Assembly: GCA_951406725.2 (NCBI GenBank)
Contig: OX597815.1
Location: forward strand, 169,446,001 to 169,510,000
Reading direction: 5' to 3'
Length of the DNA stretch: 64,000 nucleotides
Origin: Octopus vulgaris
Lineage: Eukaryota
The notes under the pieces were generated by a model. That model was not told where the DNA came from. It saw only the letters and a program-made list of their open reading frames with translations, and did not search any database. Shown here piece by piece: positions 62,805-64,000 of this stretch (its first letter is position 1; each line of letters starts with the position of its first letter). The position numbers and the translations under genes are program-made.

Positions 62805-64000
62805 CACACACATGTACACACACGTGAATAGCTTCCACACAATTTTCTAATTAGCTCAGTGCTAGTGTAGAAGACACTTGTCAAAGGTACTGTGCAGTGT
62901 GACTGAATCCAAAACTCTGTAGCTGTAAAGTGAACTTCTTAACCACATGACCAAACATGTACCTAAATACTTACATGCATACATACATACATATATATAT
63001 ACATAGGTGTAGGAGTGGCTGTGTGGTGAGTAGCTTGCTTATGAACCACATGGTTCTGGATTCAGTCCCACTGCGTGGCACCTTGGGCAAGTGTCTTCTA
63101 CTATAGGCTCGGGCCGACCAAAGCCTTGTGAGTGGATTTGGTAGATGGAAATTGAAAGAAGCCCTTTGTATATATGTATATATATATATATGTGTGTGTG
63201 TGTGTATATGTTTCTGTGTTTGTGTTTGTTCCCCCAACATTGCTTGACAACCGATACTGGTGTGATATGTCCCCGTAACTCAGTGGTTTGGCAAAAGAGA
63301 CTGACAGAATAAGTACTAGTTTTACAAAGAATAAGTCCCGGGGTCGATTTGTTCGACTAAAGGTAGCACATGAGCATGGCCACAGTCAAATGACTGAAAT
63401 AAGTAAAAGAGAGAGTAAAAGAGATACATAAATGTATACATACATGCATATATATGTGAGTATGTGTATGTGTGTGTGTATGTGTATGTGTGTGTGTATG
63501 TGTATGTGTGTGTGTGTATTTCTGTCTCCACTCTCAGATGGAATGTCATCACACATAGCAAATCTGTAGCTGGGTATCTGACAGGTGGTACTATTCCTGG
63601 TTAGGGTAGATTTAGGAGTAATAGGAACACTCCTTAAAACCCTGGATCTCCTGAACCAGAACACCACTAGCAGACACAGTTTGAAGCCATACTCAGGACT
63701 TTATATAAGGTACATATGCTTGTATGTATTCATGTATGTATCTATGCATATGTGTGAGTTTCTGTGCATCTGAGTGTTTGTTTAAAATTGTGATTGTCTG
63801 AAAATCACTCAGCTACAAGTGTCAATGTTGCTGTCATTTTCCATGTCGATGAGTCAACTGCTAGCTTTGCACCTTTGAAAACAAGAAACTTGTGACACAG
63901 GTAAAGGTTATGGACAGCAAGGGCATCTGGTTGTTAAAATAATACCTCAATAATATTTAGCCTATGATCGTATGGAACAATGAGCATGACAGTGTGGTAA

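Overview
AT-rich, microsatellite-saturated animal genomic DNA. The SINE/LINE/5S repertoire points to an octopus (coleoid cephalopod), which is an inference. The whole window lies inside one minus-strand gene, a GARNL3 orthologue (Rap/Ran-GAP domain protein). I traced 11 internal coding exons (59984->1455, 1040 nt, 346 full codons, frame-consistent junctions); the ORF track does not resolve this gene, and both ends lie outside the window. One intron (16702-18815) is U12-type. The introns hold tRNA-derived SINEs, RTE and CR1-like LINE remnants, mariner/Tc1 relics, hAT/piggyBac/Merlin-like MITEs, two non-autonomous Helitrons and Penelope-like element (PLE) remnants. The most unusual signals are: (i) several minimal hammerhead-ribozyme motifs, mostly on the host sense strand, one fused to a Pol III tRNA head; (ii) a near full-length 5S rRNA copy with a SINE tail, sitting at the breakpoint of a ~540-bp duplication/inversion; (iii) four long, near-perfect hairpins next to microsatellites; (iv) a stem-loop tandem array in the RTE 3' UTR. 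Almost all listed ORFs are microsatellite artefacts. All homology calls are from recall, not database searches.
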